Shown here piece by piece: positions 45,819 through 59,551 of a stretch of 64,000 nucleotides of DNA. Made by a program: the position numbers and the translations under genes. How positions within the stretch are numbered: the first letter of the stretch is position 1; every line of letters starts with the position of its first letter. The DNA comes from Octopus sinensis (lineage: Eukaryota). Location of the stretch: assembly GCF_006345805.1 (NCBI RefSeq), contig NW_021835966.1:1-64000 (forward strand), read 5' to 3'. The notes under the pieces are model-generated. The model searched no databases. It saw only the letters and a program-made list of their open reading frames with translations, and had not been told where the DNA came from.

Positions 45819-47086
45819 GTGTATGTGTAAGCAGCATAGTACTGAATATTTTCAGTTTGGTGGTATTGTACGGGATAAAGGTTGCATTTGATAGAACACC
45901 ATAGAATGAAGAATAAATTTGTTACATCAGTTATTTTTGCTCTAGTGCATTATGCAGCAACACGTTGTATTCAGACAAGCGTTGATAATGGCTTGTGTAG
46001 AAATTGGAGAAACCGGTGATAATGCAGATATGGATGGAGTTTGGAAGGTGAAATGTTAGAAGGGTTTGCTGTGGACGTGCGTGAATGTGATTAATAAATG
46101 TCGGATATGGATGACTGTTACCTCTCAGATGGATCCTAACTTGGAGAAATGTTGCCTGTGTTTGTTTAATAACACATTATAGCATAATTTGTTCAATGAT
46201 TTCAATAAACAAGAGTCAGAATTCTTGTTTAATACTATCGATCCGTGGACAGCAATGACTGAAAGGAAAAAAATATAAACAGGTAGGAACATTGCAGTTT
46301 CTCAAAGTCCCTTACCTGGATTAATGGAGTGTGTTGTGAAACGATACGTATGTCTTACCTGTAACAAACGCTAAATACATGTCGAATACATGACAAAGAC
46401 GATGCATATCTAATATGTAACAGACTTTGTGTTTCCAATAAATGAACACCACTGCGTATGTTCAGTATATATAAGAAACTTTACGAGGAGGTGCCCAAAT
46501 CTAAACGGAAACTTCTCTGTGGGTGAAATTCGTTGTCGTTATATACATGTGTTGTTGTTTTAACACTTAGATAGGGGAGGACGGCACCCACGACCATTTA
46601 TATTTCAGGATCACCAAGTTGAGAGGAAAGGAGGAAGTTATTCTCAAACCTGGTTTTAATACTTATCACAGAATAAACTCTGCTACGGGCAACCAGGGAC
46701 GAGCTGGTGCTAATAAACCAAGCGATAGATTTTGTTTTCTACTCAGAAGGCTACTAACGTAAATTGCCGCATTATATACCGCAACACATTTTGTCCGGTA
46801 TTGTTAGAATTTTGCGAACTTCATCAACATGTTTGCGTATTTTGTTTAATTGTTTGAAAGCTCTATCTACGACAGGCCGATGAAGGACAATGATCCTGAA
46901 ACACGGTGTCCCTAGATGCAGTTCCGGCGGTTGGGGGTGTTTGTCTCCCCTTCGTATGTGTATATAAGGACACAGGATAAAATGTGTCGAAGCTGTCAGG
47001 AGGCGTTCGATGCCTCCTAGGGCTATATAACGGTGGTGTACCCCCTACTGTCACGTTCTTGTTAGATTGACAGTATACAACCATTA

Positions 47087-47332
47087 TATCTACGACGATT
47101 TCATCTCAATTGAAGGAGAGGGGCTTTCTCCGTCCAGGTTGCGGATCCGTGGAATAAGCTGCCGGGCGAGATAATGAAGATGCCGACAACCGCGCGGTTC
47201 AAAGTCTCTCTTGACCAGAAATGGCCTGAACTCTTTGTATGACCACCCTCCCTGTACATAACTCCCTGTCCCCCCTACATGACATTGCTTTTGCTTTTTG
47301 AGCCAATAAAAATTGAATTGAATTGAATTGAA
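47087..47332 (+). mobile_element. CR1-clade LINE 3' end with (AATTG)n tail
   Basis: FSVQVADPWNKLPGEIMKMPTTARFKVSLDQKWPELFV* (stop 47240-47242) matches the CR1 FS.RV...WN.LP...FK..LD motif; (AATTG)4 at 47311-47330. Confidence 0.8.
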
Positions 47333-47979
47333 ACGATGAAAGTGAAAGTTGACTTCGGTGAAATACGAACTCAGAATGCAGAGAACCGAAAGAAATACTA
47401 CAAAATATTTTGTCCTATTGCCCTTACATTCTAATGTCTCTGTTCATTCGCCATATCGTAAATAAGTTTACTTTGTTTGATAAATCGCATTACATATAAA
47501 TCCTTTCACTGCGTAACGAAGTACTTTTTTTTTCTTCACAAGATTGCTGTGTAATGTTCAAGAACTCATTTCATTCTAGAGAAAGTAATTGAAACAAATT
47601 TTCGACACTTCGTCCATCAGATCACCAGAGTTGACACAGTTATTAATGGTTATTGTCTCAGTATCGAACGTGGGAAATTAAGTTTCACATATTACACTTC
47701 GAAAACACAGGTCTGAAATATATTGGAAATACAAATAAATGACATTTTTATATTGAAATAGTATAAGTTAAAAAAGAAATACAGAACAGTTTTTGTTTTT
47801 ACTTACTGTTGATTAAAGTTATATAGATGTAGTGATTTATGTTTGAAAACAGCTAATGGCAATAAAGAAGTTGTCGTAAACAGATATAAAGGATTTAGCT
47901 TCGTACATTGTTTATTAAAAAAGGAAACAACCTAACCTTAAGTAATATTTTTCTGTTAAATCATTATACTTATATGCGT

Positions 47980-48012
47980 CTAGTTTATATATATATATAT
48001 ATGTAAATAAAC

Positions 48013-48047
<35 letters not shown>

Positions 48048-48248
48048 CTACTTATATATTATATATATATATAAGTACGTATTTATGTATGTATATATAT
48101 ATATAAATATATATATATATGTATATATACGTATATATATATATATACTACTTATTTATAAATATATATATAAGTACGTATTTATTTATGTATATATATA
48201 TAAATATATATATTTAAATATACATATATATATATATATATTATATAA

Positions 48249-48287
<39 letters not shown>

Positions 48288-48408
48288 TATATATATTCTC
48301 TGCAATATATATATATATATAAATACACACACACACACACATATATATATATGTATAATTACTTGCATATATTTACACAATGTGCTTTATGTATACATAC
48401 GTACATGT

Positions 48409-48460
<52 letters not shown>
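47980..48460. repeat. Complex (TA)n-rich tract
   Basis: Direct reading. Confidence 0.9.
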
Positions 48461-48722
48461 ATGTGTGTATATACGTGTTTTGCATTATATATTTGGGATT
48501 TCACTGTCTTTTATTTTTATGTTGAATTTACATAAAGGAGTATAGAGAAAGCATGGATTAAACAAACTGTTAAAATGAAAAACAAAAAATGACAAAAAAC
48601 GCAAAATATATTTCGTTACATAACTTGCTTGGGAAATAAGCAAACCTATTTTAGATTTTCTTTTATCGTCTTCAATATTTATTCAATTCAATTCCGTATT
48701 AGAGCTGCCTAAAGCTCCACAC

Positions 48723-48762
<40 letters not shown>

Positions 48763-48983
48763 TATATATAATTATATATATATATACATATATATACTCT
48801 GTTAAGAGCAAGAGTATCGGGTGCGTCATGTACGCTGATACAAAATCAGAATCCAGGTAAAAAGATATACTATAAACAAACAGCTCCTTAAGCATTATGC
48901 GCAAAAATAATGATGTATTATTTTAAACATGACTGTCATTTGTATCTAGTTATTAATTATTTATATAAACATGTCTGTATATA

Positions 48984-49026
<43 letters not shown>

Positions 49027-49227
49027 TGTATGTTTGTGTGTGTGTCTGTGTCGATATATGTGTTGTATGCGAGTGTGTCTGTGATTTTTTTTCTCTGTAA
49101 ATGTACGTATATATATTTTTCTACATCTTGATAAAATGTATATGTATATATATATATATATATAATATATATATATTATATATATATTTATATAATTATA
49201 TATACATATATATATATATTTATATAG

Positions 49228-49532
49228 GAATGAAGATAGTATGATCCGATGGATGTGTAATGTCAGTGTGCATACTCAACAGAGTTTAAGTACCTTGAGA
49301 GAAAAGTCGGACCTACGAAGCGTTAGATGTGGTGTGCAAGAGAGACGACTCTCTGGTATAGTCATGTGGCGAGAATGGGTGAGGATAGCTGTGTGAAAAA
49401 GTGCCACACCCTAGCGGACGAAGGAATCTGTGGAAGAGGTAGGCCCAGGAAGACCTGGGATGAAGAGGTGAAGTACGACCTTTGAACATTAGGCCTCACC
49501 AAGGAAATGACTAGCGACCGAGATTTTGGAAG
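49228..49532 (+). mobile_element. RTE-clade LINE 3' ORF fragment
   Basis: MIRWMCNVS...RRLxWYSHVARM...CVKK...GRGRPRKTWDEEVKYDL: typical RTE C-terminus. Confidence 0.85.
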
Positions 49533-49548
49533 TATACATACATACATA

Positions 49549-49629
<81 letters not shown>

Positions 49630-49631
<2 letters not shown>

Positions 49632-49795
49632 GACGGGCGTCTTTCAGTTTCCGTCCAACAAATCCACTCACAAGGCTTTGTCGGCCCGATCCTATAGTAG
49701 AAGACACTTAGTAGAAGACACTTGCCCAAGGTGTCATGCAATGGGACTAAACGCGGAACCATGTGGCTCGTAAGCAAGCGACTTACCACACACCC
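49630..49795 (-). mobile_element. SINE family B 5' half
   Basis: CGACGGGCGTCTTTCAGTTTCCGTC...CTTGCCCAAGGTG...CTTACCACAC. Confidence 0.8.
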
Positions 49796-49962
49796 ACACC
49801 TAATAAAATTTTATATGTTCTCAATGCACCAAGTATCATTGTTGGATCCGAGGACCAGTAAAGAGCTCTCCACAGGAGCTAGCATAAAAGCCGCCCAGTA
49901 TCTGTATCTATATCTATATATATATATGTATTTACATGTATGTTTATATATATATATATATA

Positions 49963-50026
<64 letters not shown>

Positions 50027-50073
50027 TATATATATTATATATATGTTTATATATATATATTTATATATATGTT

Positions 50074-50110
<37 letters not shown>

Positions 50111-50274
50111 GTTATATATATATATTTATGTAATCTTTTTTGCCCAATATTTTAAGGAACTTGTTGAACTTTTTATATCCTTAACATGTCCCTGTTACCA
50201 AAGACTGTATATATATATATAGTAATGTAGCAATTTGCAACAACCAATAATTAACGCAACCAAACTTCCACATG

Positions 50275-50319
50275 TTACTTTTGACAATCTTTTTCCAATG
50301 TGTGAAACCGGTAAAGTAA
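50275..50319 (+). ncRNA. Hammerhead-like motif, U3-A8 variant with decayed stem II, in a (TA)n-flanked cassette (50220-50398)
   Basis: UUACUU / UUGACAA / (16 nt, poorly paired) / GAAA / CCGG / UA / AAGUAA, followed by AAATAAA. Confidence 0.45.
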
Positions 50320-50399
50320 ATAAACATCTTTTAAATTGCATTTTCAAACCTTCTTTCGTATATAATTCCACTCGTGCGGTACCCCACAACTCCACTTTG

Positions 50400-50479
<80 letters not shown>

Positions 50480-50514
50480 ATATGTATATATATATATCTA
50501 TGTATATGTATATA

Positions 50515-50720
50515 CCACGACCATCAAAATGTGGCGATTTTTTTCCCTCTAGCTTCTCTTCTCTGGTTCTTTCCTTCTCCTATGTTTCCGACGAAGAGCT
50601 CCGCTCGAAACATTAAACCCTCCTTCTTTCATTCTTTCCTGAGCGTCCAATAATACTTTAATTGTTCCACGTCCTCGCGTTGTTGTGTTTTCTCTTTCCG
50701 TTTTCATGTTTGGATTAACT
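50515..50720 (+). mobile_element. PLE pLTR-like cassette P1 with hammerhead-like motif at 50584-50618
   Basis: GTTT-CCGACGA-A-GAGC-TCC-GCTC-GAAA-CAT-T-AAAC; flanked by (TA)n. Confidence 0.7.
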
Positions 50721-50767
50721 ATATATATATATATATATATACATATATGTACATGTAAATGATATAT

Positions 50768-50827
<60 letters not shown>

Positions 50828-51414
50828 GCAATTGCTAATGACGTTTTATCTTCAAGCCTATCTTATTTCTCTTTATTGTAAATCTTTAAAGGGATATCCA
50901 GTACATAATGAGAATAATCCAATACATAATGAGGAAAATCTGAACATGAAACTCTCATTGTGGCCTTCAACCTACTGCGTAGTTGTTAATCTATTTAACT
51001 AACGTATCGAATTTCATTTCCGAAATCAAATTACATCTCTCATTGAACACATTTCAGAAGATTATTTGCGGAGTGAGCTCGACCACCCGCTTCGACAACT
51101 ACGGTGGGCAACAAAAGGTATAAACGAAACCGTTTAATGTGCATAGAACGAAACATGTGATTCATAAAACGAAGTGAATGTATTCGTGTTGTTAAGAATG
51201 TTTGCATCAGTAATGATGTATATTAATAATGAAAGAATTAGTGATATTATGGTTTAGGTCTGTTTGTATAAAAGATATCATTGACGTAATTATATGATGT
51301 TTGTTGAGTTATTGCGCAATTACAGATATGAATATAAATGGAAAAAAAACCCCAACTGAAAACCGTGATCTGATAAAATCACTATTAAAAAAATAATCAA
51401 AGGAGTGTAACCAC

Positions 51415-51437
51415 ATATATCTATCTATCTATCTATC

Positions 51438-51533
<96 letters not shown>

Positions 51534-51586
51534 GTCTATCTATCTATCTATCTGTCTGTCTATCTATCTATCTATCTATCTATCTG

Positions 51587-51660
<74 letters not shown>
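51415..51660. repeat. (TATC)n/(TGTC)n/(TA)n microsatellite
   Basis: Direct reading. Confidence 0.95.
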
Positions 51661-51668
<8 letters not shown>

Positions 51669-51801
51669 AATAAGAATATATGCCTGATGTAAATCCATTA
51701 TCCTATTATGTGTTTATGTATGTATATAAATTCACATATTTGTATAACTGTGTGTCTGTAATTATATAAATTTCTATAAATAAATATATATATATATATG
51801 C

Positions 51802-51859
<58 letters not shown>

Positions 51860-52263
51860 GTGTGAATGTGTGTGAATGTGTGTGTGTGTGTGTGTGTGTG
51901 TAGGTGTGTCTCTGTATGTGCGTAATTATATGTAATTTATTACAATTTCTTTATGCCACACATTAGTGTGAATAAATAGAATCAATGTATTGGATTTCCA
52001 GCGATTAGAAATATCGTTCACCGAGTGATCAACCAAATTGAAATTTTTGCAATGATGAAGCCGTTGAATATATCGATGCAAAGCCTTTTCACGCGCGCGG
52101 GCATACACACATATACGTATGTCTATCTATATGTTTGTCTGTTTGACTGTCTTCCTCTCTCTCTCTCTCTCTCTCTCTCTGTATATATATATATTTCTTA
52201 CTTTATATATACGTCCATAAATATTCCTATGTTTTTACCTATGCATATGTATATATATACATA

Positions 52264-52673
52264 TACTCTTTTACACTTTTACTCTTTTACATGTTTCAGT
52301 AATTTGACTGTGGCCATGCTGGAGCGCCGCCTTTAGTCGAGTAAATCGACACCAGGACTTATTCTTTGTAAGCCTAGTACTTATTCTATCGTTCTTTTTT
52401 GCCGAACCGCTAAGTTATACACACCAGCATCGGTTGTCAAGCGATGTTCGGGGGAGAAATACAGACACAAAAACATACAAACACACACATACACACATAT
52501 ATATACAAATATATATACGACGGGCTTCTTTCAATTTCCGTCTACCAAATCCACTCACAAGGGTTTGGTCGGCCGGCCCGAGGTTATAGTAGACGGTACC
52601 ACGCAGTAGGACTGAACCCAGAACCATGTGGTTCGTAACCAAGCAACTTACCACACAGCCACTCCTACGCCTA
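52264..52673 (-). mobile_element. SINE family B, full length with small deletions
   Basis: Reverse complement of family B. Confidence 0.9.
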
Positions 52674-52795
52674 CATCTATATACATAGAGATGGTATCTT
52701 TAATAGTATTATCGCTCTCATATTTATATGTACACACACACACACACACACGCACACAGTTCAACCTACACAAGTTAATGTATATATATATATAG

Positions 52796-52902
<107 letters not shown>

Positions 52903-52954
52903 GCGATGTTATTTTTAATAGTATTATCGCTCTCATATTTATATATCTATATAT

Positions 52955-53281
52955 ATATTACTGAAATAAATTCCAGCTTTGTCTGATTTTATAATAATAT
53001 AATATAATATATTATAATACAATATAAAATAATGGAATGATAGAATATTAAATGTCAATTCTGATTGAATTTGTACTTTCATGCATTAAACTATGCAATC
53101 TTCCACTGTAACCACTACGACATGAACCTGAAGTTTGTATAATTTAATGCATGACAATACAAGTTCAATCAGAATGGACATTTAATATTCTATCATTTCA
53201 TTATATATTATATTATATTATTATAAATTGTAAATAAACCGTGAAAATCAGACAAGGTTGAAATTTCCTTGAGTAATATAT
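52955..53281. mobile_element. Fold-back (MITE-like) element with ~140-bp imperfect inverted arms in (TA)n
   Basis: ATATTACTGAAATAAATTCCAGCTTTGTCTGATTTT.../...AAAATCAGACAAGGTTGAAATTTCCTTGAGTAATAT; inner arms TGATAGAATATTAAATGTC...CATGCATTAAA and their complement. Confidence 0.75.
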
Positions 53282-53639
53282 ATTCTTCTATAAGCAATCA
53301 TACACACACCTTTATATATATATATATATATTTGTATATATATATATATTTATTCACACACACATACACATACACACAGACACACACATATATATATATA
53401 TATATATAATTATAATTAGGGTTCAGCTAACTGCTTCACCACATACCGAACTTAGAAATAGGAGTTAAATATTCCTTTCCTGCTACTATAAGCATCTCCA
53501 TGACAGTGAACTTATTACGTGGATAATTCTATCTATAAATGTTATTTCAAACGTACCCATCTACTTGGTAAAATTGTTAATTAATTGATTGATTAATTAA
53601 TAAATTTTACCTTTCGATTATTAGTTATATATATATATA

Positions 53640-53690
<51 letters not shown>

Positions 53691-54360
53691 TACGCACATA
53701 TGAATTTAAGTGTATACACATATGCTTATAAATTCTTACATAAACGCTTACTGACATACATATACACACACACGCACACACACACAGATACACACACAGT
53801 ATTTGAAAATCTACATATGCATTGCCTTGTACAAAATATATTTTGGGAAAATCTCATATTACAACCGGCGTCCCTTTTATGTTTTGCGTAAACATGACCT
53901 TTCCACGAACTATCTATATGTTTCGAACTCCCATGCTCCGATTAAAACGGATATTGGTCATCAGCAGTTGGAGATTTATGGTTTACCATAATTGTTTTCT
54001 CAGAGATAACCTCGTCGGCTGAACTTAGTAGTCGTCTGATCTGCGGAACGCGGAGCTTAGCTTATGCCACAACCACAGGAAATTATTATTCTCTCAATTA
54101 TTTGCCTTTATACGTTGGATTTTGAACCTTATTGTGGGTACTGTACATCCAAAGTCTTGGAACCATATATTATATTTATCTAAAACTCTATCTAGAGTAA
54201 GAAATTCTCGGTCTTCGACAGTTCCTCATCTTCGGTTGCCGCGACAAGTTCCCCAATGCGCTCATCGAAAAGGGAAGTTTCCATCACTACTTCTGATATC
54301 ACAGCACACTAGAACTTATACATTATGAGGTTTAATGCCCTTCATTGGTTTGCTCTAGAA

Positions 54361-54724
54361 CAGGAATTCTCAACGATTTTTTTCACCTATGGACCCCTTC
54401 AATTACTCTCTTATTCTGGTGGAATAAGTCATTCGATGTTTAGAAACTAGTTTTATAGAAATTTCTTTCAGAATTCCTATGTTGTTTTTCGCACACTAAC
54501 TTGTGTAGGTTGAGCTATGTAAAAGTCTTAGAGGAAGAAACCTAGCTGTTTCTTACAATACGTACCAATACAAACATCGAAAGCAGCTTTTTCTTAAGGT
54601 CCCTTAAAATAGTTATGTGCATCCACAATTTACTATTTTGTTACGTGGGCCTACCAAAATCTTACAACTAGGATTCATATGGCTCCATTCATATGGCCAT
54701 ATGGTTTCTGGTAGGAAACCACTG
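54361..54724 (+). mobile_element. hAT(Charlie)-like non-autonomous element; partial second copy at 55281-55410
   Basis: Ends CAGGAATTCTCAAC / GTAGGAAACCACTG; 8-bp TSD CTCTAGAA / CACTAGAA resembling NTCTAGAN. Confidence 0.6.
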
Positions 54725-55814
54725 CACTAGAATTTTCTGAATCTGAAATCCAGCAGGTTTGTTTGTTAATGAAACCGATCGAATGAGAATTTGCTGACAT
54801 CATCCGATGGTGAATAAATTTGGGTTCTCCATTACTAATTCTAAAACTGTAACCACATTTTCGATATGTGGACATAACATGGTGGTTTCTTCTGTTGTTC
54901 GCGAATAAGGGATACTTTCTCCTATAATTTTGCCATTAATACAAGCCTAGTATAAAACTAATTATCTTCACTGAATTAATCTAAAGTAATAGCCTTTTTT
55001 GAAAAGATTGTTACGGTATGCGAATAGCGAAATTAAGCCAATGAATACCACGTGGATTATTACTACTATATACACTAGAGCGAGACAAGAACCCAGAGCT
55101 AATTATCGCAGATTGCGGAACTATCAGGAGAAATTCCACTGGATATTCTATCTGAATCAAGACCAATTATAGATGTGTAGAATGTTCGCGGAAGATCTCT
55201 CTATTGGCAAGAAGAAACTAAAACAATATTAGTAAAAGAAGTATCCAGCATTCGCAAATGTTACTGAGAAATAGTTACCCCCAGGAACTCTTCGATTACT
55301 CTCTTATTTTGGTGGAATAAGTTATTCGATGTTTAGAGACTAGTTTTATAGAAGTTTCTTTCAGAATTCCTACGTTGTTTTTCACATATTAACTTGTGTA
55401 GGTTGAACTACACAAGTAGCTTGTTGAGAAGAGATACATCAGATTACACAAACTTCGGGAAATACAGGAAGTAGCCATTTGTGGCTCATTAATGGGAAAT
55501 TTGCAAATTTAGTACCCAGAAGATACTTTCTTTCATGCATATTATCATTGAGAAAAAATATATGTATGAATCCGATTGGATTAAAATTTGGCTGAAGCTG
55601 GAATCTAGAAGGCAAGAAGCCCAGTTCTCTGTATGATATGCTATAAAGTGTTACTTTATCAGAGACACTAGACAACAGCAAAAATCTCCTTACATTTGAA
55701 AGAATGGTGAAGAGATTCTTTTCCTTACAACACAGTTACTGAATAATTGTCCCATCAAACTCAGCTCAAACATCCATCTATTCAGCCAACCACCCACACA
55801 ACAATCCCTACGAT

Positions 55815-56118
55815 AAAAACGATAAGCGTCGCCCTTTTCAAACCTAGCCTGGCTCATGGGCCCGGTTTCCCGATTCCTGTGGCGTATGTGTTCCCCTCAG
55901 CTGGACTGTACACCACTTCATCGCAGCATTACTCAAGAAACAGGAAGAGAGTGTGAGAGAAAGTTGTGGCGAAAGAGTACAACAGGGGTCGCCACCCCCA
56001 CCCCTGCCGGAGCATCGTGAAACTTTTAGATGTTTTCGTTCAATAAACACATGCAACGCCCGGTCTGGGAATCGAAACCGCGAGTCCGCTGCCCTAACCA
56101 CTGGGCCATTGCGCCTCC
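55815..56118 (-). mobile_element. SINE family C with tail type 4 variant
   Basis: Family C head with a 14-bp deletion; tail GGAATCGGGAAACCGGGCCCATGAGCC. Confidence 0.85.
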
Positions 56119-56307
56119 ACAACAAACCCTACACATATACGTATTTACAGCGTCCTATCCTACAGATGCTGTGTGAGGGTCACCAAGGAGATACTTGCAG
56201 CTCAGAAAGTAACGAACTAGCACAAAGGAAGCAACATAAGTAAATAAAACAAATCTAGAATAAAATAACGTAATCTGCATCAGAGAATCTGGCATTTAAC
56301 ACAGTTA

Positions 56308-56512
56308 TACTCTTTTACTTGTTTCAGTCATATGGCTGCGGCCATGCTGGAGCACCGCCTTTAATCGAGCAACTCGACCCCGGGACTTATTCTTTTGTAA
56401 GCCCAGTACTTATTCAATCGGTCTCTTTTGCCGAACCGCTAAGTGACGGGGACATAAACACACCAGCATCGGTTGTCAAGCAATGCTAGGGGGGACAAAC
56501 ACAGACACAAAA

Positions 56513-56545
<33 letters not shown>

Positions 56546-56719
56546 CATATATACGACGGGCTTCTTTCAGTTTCCGTCTACCAAATCCACTCGCAAGGCA
56601 TTGGTCGGCCCGGGGCTATAGCAGAAGACACTTGCCCAAGATGCCACGCAGTGGGACTGAACCCGGAACCATGGAGTTGGTAAACAAGCTAATTTACCAC
56701 ACAGCCACTCCTGCGCCTA
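56308..56719 (-). mobile_element. SINE family B, full length
   Basis: Reverse complement of family B. Confidence 0.9.
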
Positions 56720-57164
56720 CGGTTGCAAATGATTAATAACTTTTTTAGCGTATCACTTAAAATTTACGAAAAAAAACAAAAAATTAAAGAACTGACAAAA
56801 TTTTACGGCGGTTCAATACATCAAGCATTTGAGGGAACATTAATAGCTTTAAAACAAGAACTCAAAGTCACTGAACAGAAAACATCGTTATCACAAGAAA
56901 AGGAAAAAAAAAACGTTCTATAGACTAAAGCACTAACCGTAAATTTTGTTTGTGTTCCACAAAATGTACATTGGAGAATTAACAAAATCAATATATTCGC
57001 ATAAGAACTCTAAAGAGCTTCAATCAGCTCTGAAATAGTAAAGAGTTTTAATTAGAATACATCGTAACTTTGTGTGAAGAAGAAAGAATATTCTACCAGC
57101 ATTGGCACTAAAATTTAAATAATGAACATTCAAACTGTTACCAGAGCTCTGGAAACTACATACC

Positions 57165-57394
57165 TATTGCTTTATTACCTACAAGGGGCTAAACACAGAG
57201 GGAACAAACAACGATAGGCAAACGGATTAAGTCGATTACATCGACGCCAGTGCGTAACTGGTACTTAATTTATCGACCCCGAAAGGATGAAAGGCAAAGT
57301 CGACTTCAGCGGAATTTGAACTCAGAATGAGCAGCAGACGAAATACGGCTACACATTTCGCCCGGCGTGCTAACGTTTCTGCCAGCTCGCCGCC
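57165..57394 (-). mobile_element. SINE family A monomer with TSD
   Basis: TSD CTGGAAA(A)CTACATA at 57149-57162 and 57395-57409. Confidence 0.9.
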
Positions 57395-57694
57395 CTGGAA
57401 AACTACATAATGGGTAGTCTACTTCGGAGACACCCAGATAGATGCTGGTAGACTGTTAACGTTTTACAAAGGTTGGTAATATGGATATTGAAAAGAACTG
57501 TGCCATGCTAGTTTGACATATCACATTGGTTGATTTTGTAGGCATAAGATTGTAGTTCACACTTTGAGAGAAAACTATGTAAGTTTTGCATGAGGTATCT
57601 CAACGAAGACTATTGACAATACAATAAAGTCGGGGAATCTGGACCACCGGAAAGAATGTTGCATAGGAATGCGTCGAATAACTGTTGAAAAATA

Positions 57695-57925
57695 TATTTC
57701 TTTACTACCCACAAGGGACTAAACATAGAGGGGACAAACAAGGACAGACAAACGGATTATGTCGATTATATTGAACCCAGTGCGAACTGGTGCTTTATTT
57801 ATCGACCCCGAAAGGATGAAAGGCAAAGTCGACCTCGGCGGAATTTGAACTCAGAACGTAACGACAGACGAAATAGCGCTAAGCATTTCGCCCGGCGCGC
57901 TAACGTTTCTGCCAGCTCGCCGCCT
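57695..57925 (-). mobile_element. SINE family A monomer with TSD
   Basis: TSD TAACTGTTGAA(A/G)AATA at 57679-57694 and 57926-57941. Confidence 0.9.
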
Positions 57926-58187
57926 TAACTGTTGAAGAATAACTTTCAAGTATAAAGTGTAAGAACAAAGGTGACTGAAGAAACAAAAATGTCGAAATGG
58001 GGGTAAGATTTGTTGACAAAAAGAAATTAGATTATTTTATCCATTCGTCATTTCTTAGTTATTGTTATTAACATACTTGCAAACATTCAGGCAATAATGG
58101 TCACGCTTCTTATTGAACGCCGAACATTTGTGTTCATTAAAACGTACCTACAAGTCATTCGTATTCAGAATATATATTCATGTCTCC

Positions 58188-58602
58188 GGCGGCGAGCTGG
58201 CAGAAACGTTATCACGCCGAGCGAAATGCGTAGCCGTATTTTATCTGGCGTTACGTTCTGAGTTCAAATTCCGACGAGGTCGATTTTGCCTTTCATCCTT
58301 TCGGGGGTCGTTTAAATAAGTACCAGTTATGCACTGGGGTCGATATAATCGACTTATCCCTTTGTCTGTCCTTGTTTGTCCCCTCTGTGTTTAGCCCCTT
58401 TTGGGTAGTAAAGATATAGCTATTTCGTCTGTCGTTACGTTCTGAGTTCAAATTCCTCCGAGGTCGACTTTGCCTTTTATCCTTTCGGAGCCGATAAATA
58501 AAGTACCAGTTTCGCACTGGGGTCGATGTAATCGGCTTAATCCATTTGTCTATCCTTGTTTGTCCCCTCTATGTTTAGCCCCTTGTGGGCAGTAAAGAAA
58601 TA
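58188..58602 (+). mobile_element. SINE family A, tandem dimer
   Basis: Full unit plus head-truncated unit joined near 58420. Confidence 0.9.
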
Positions 58603-59551
58603 CATATATTCCTATCTCCCTATGATTCTATCCCCTTTAGCAATAAATCCACACTCATTTCAAACAGGAATTTCTATGTTGTATATCCTCGGAACTTGAA
58701 CAGCAAGAAACACTAACCTTTTCTTTTGAACTATGTAAAGACCTAAATTTACATTACTGGAAAACTGTTTTACTCTCAATATTTTCTGTTGATAAATGGA
58801 AGTTATCCCTAAGAAAACTTCATGGAAGAAAAATATTTTGCCTTTAGCAAGAGCGTTATGACGAGTCCGTTTTCTATAAATTCGATAACAATGCTACATT
58901 AATATGGAATGTAGCCTATTTTAAACTTGTGACCGTTACATCAATCACGTTCTGAAAGCTATGTTTTTGCAATCCAAGAGTAAATCTAGCTATAGTTTCA
59001 CTGAGGCATAAAAGAAACTCAGAAATGTCACTGAATATGGTAATTATATAGCATTTCCCTTTTCTCAAATGTCATTAATTTACTGCCTTTCTATACAGCA
59101 TGGTCTTGTTGTTCGATGCAGCATAATATTGTGCTGAAATAAGGAACAATAACAACCGTAAATAAGGCAGTTTGGGGCTAGGTATAGTTATTACACGTTA
59201 TTAAATAAATAGCTAATAACACAATGATGGTGGGACTTTCCCTTGAAAGTTTTGCAAAGTGCAAATATAATTTGCACTTTGATGTAGTGGTTTGACTCAT
59301 ATAATAGACGTAATGTTGGGGGATAGATGTCAGCTGACCAGCAGAACTGTGCCTTATTTGAAGACTCAATGAGAAACTGAACATTTTCACACAATCGCCT
59401 CGAAACATGAGCGCCTCCACCCGCGATATAAATTCACATTTATATAATACTTATTGTTCAAATTAGTTCTGTTAGGAAATGTATAAGTTTGAATATCGCA
59501 AATCTGGGGTTGTCTACGGGTGGAAAATGTAATCAAGAAACAAGCATCTTA

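Larger units (their letters stand above)
44150..46200 (+). pseudogene. Old RTE-clade LINE (linker to RT), interrupted by a SINE and a MITE
   Basis: EDINSLWEFLKKVFVNVAKG...RRKWILQNT; EISIADVGKAIKQIEN; MWNR*QIAEYLKGGVVNRVPQK resemble RTE linker and RT domain 0-1 motifs, with many stops. Confidence 0.55.
56760..58100 (+). pseudogene. Possible very old R4/Dong-like LINE remnant, interrupted by two SINEs
   Basis: LKQELKVTEQK resembles the R4 pre-RT LKQKL motif; downstream pieces are only faintly RT-like. Confidence 0.3.

Noticed and set aside
46483-46545. TACGAGGAGGTGCCCAAATCTAAACGGAA resembling a Tc1/mariner terminus
   Set aside because: No matching opposite TIR or transposase sequence found nearby.
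47008-47028. AGGAGGC-GTTCGAT-GCCTCCT 7-bp hairpin
   Set aside because: Short enough to occur by chance; bacterial terminator logic does not apply here.
53940-54860. Minus-strand pieces faintly resembling a Gypsy RNase H/integrase linker, split by the hAT-like element
   Set aside because: Motifs too degraded to support by eye; needs tBLASTx or an HMM search.
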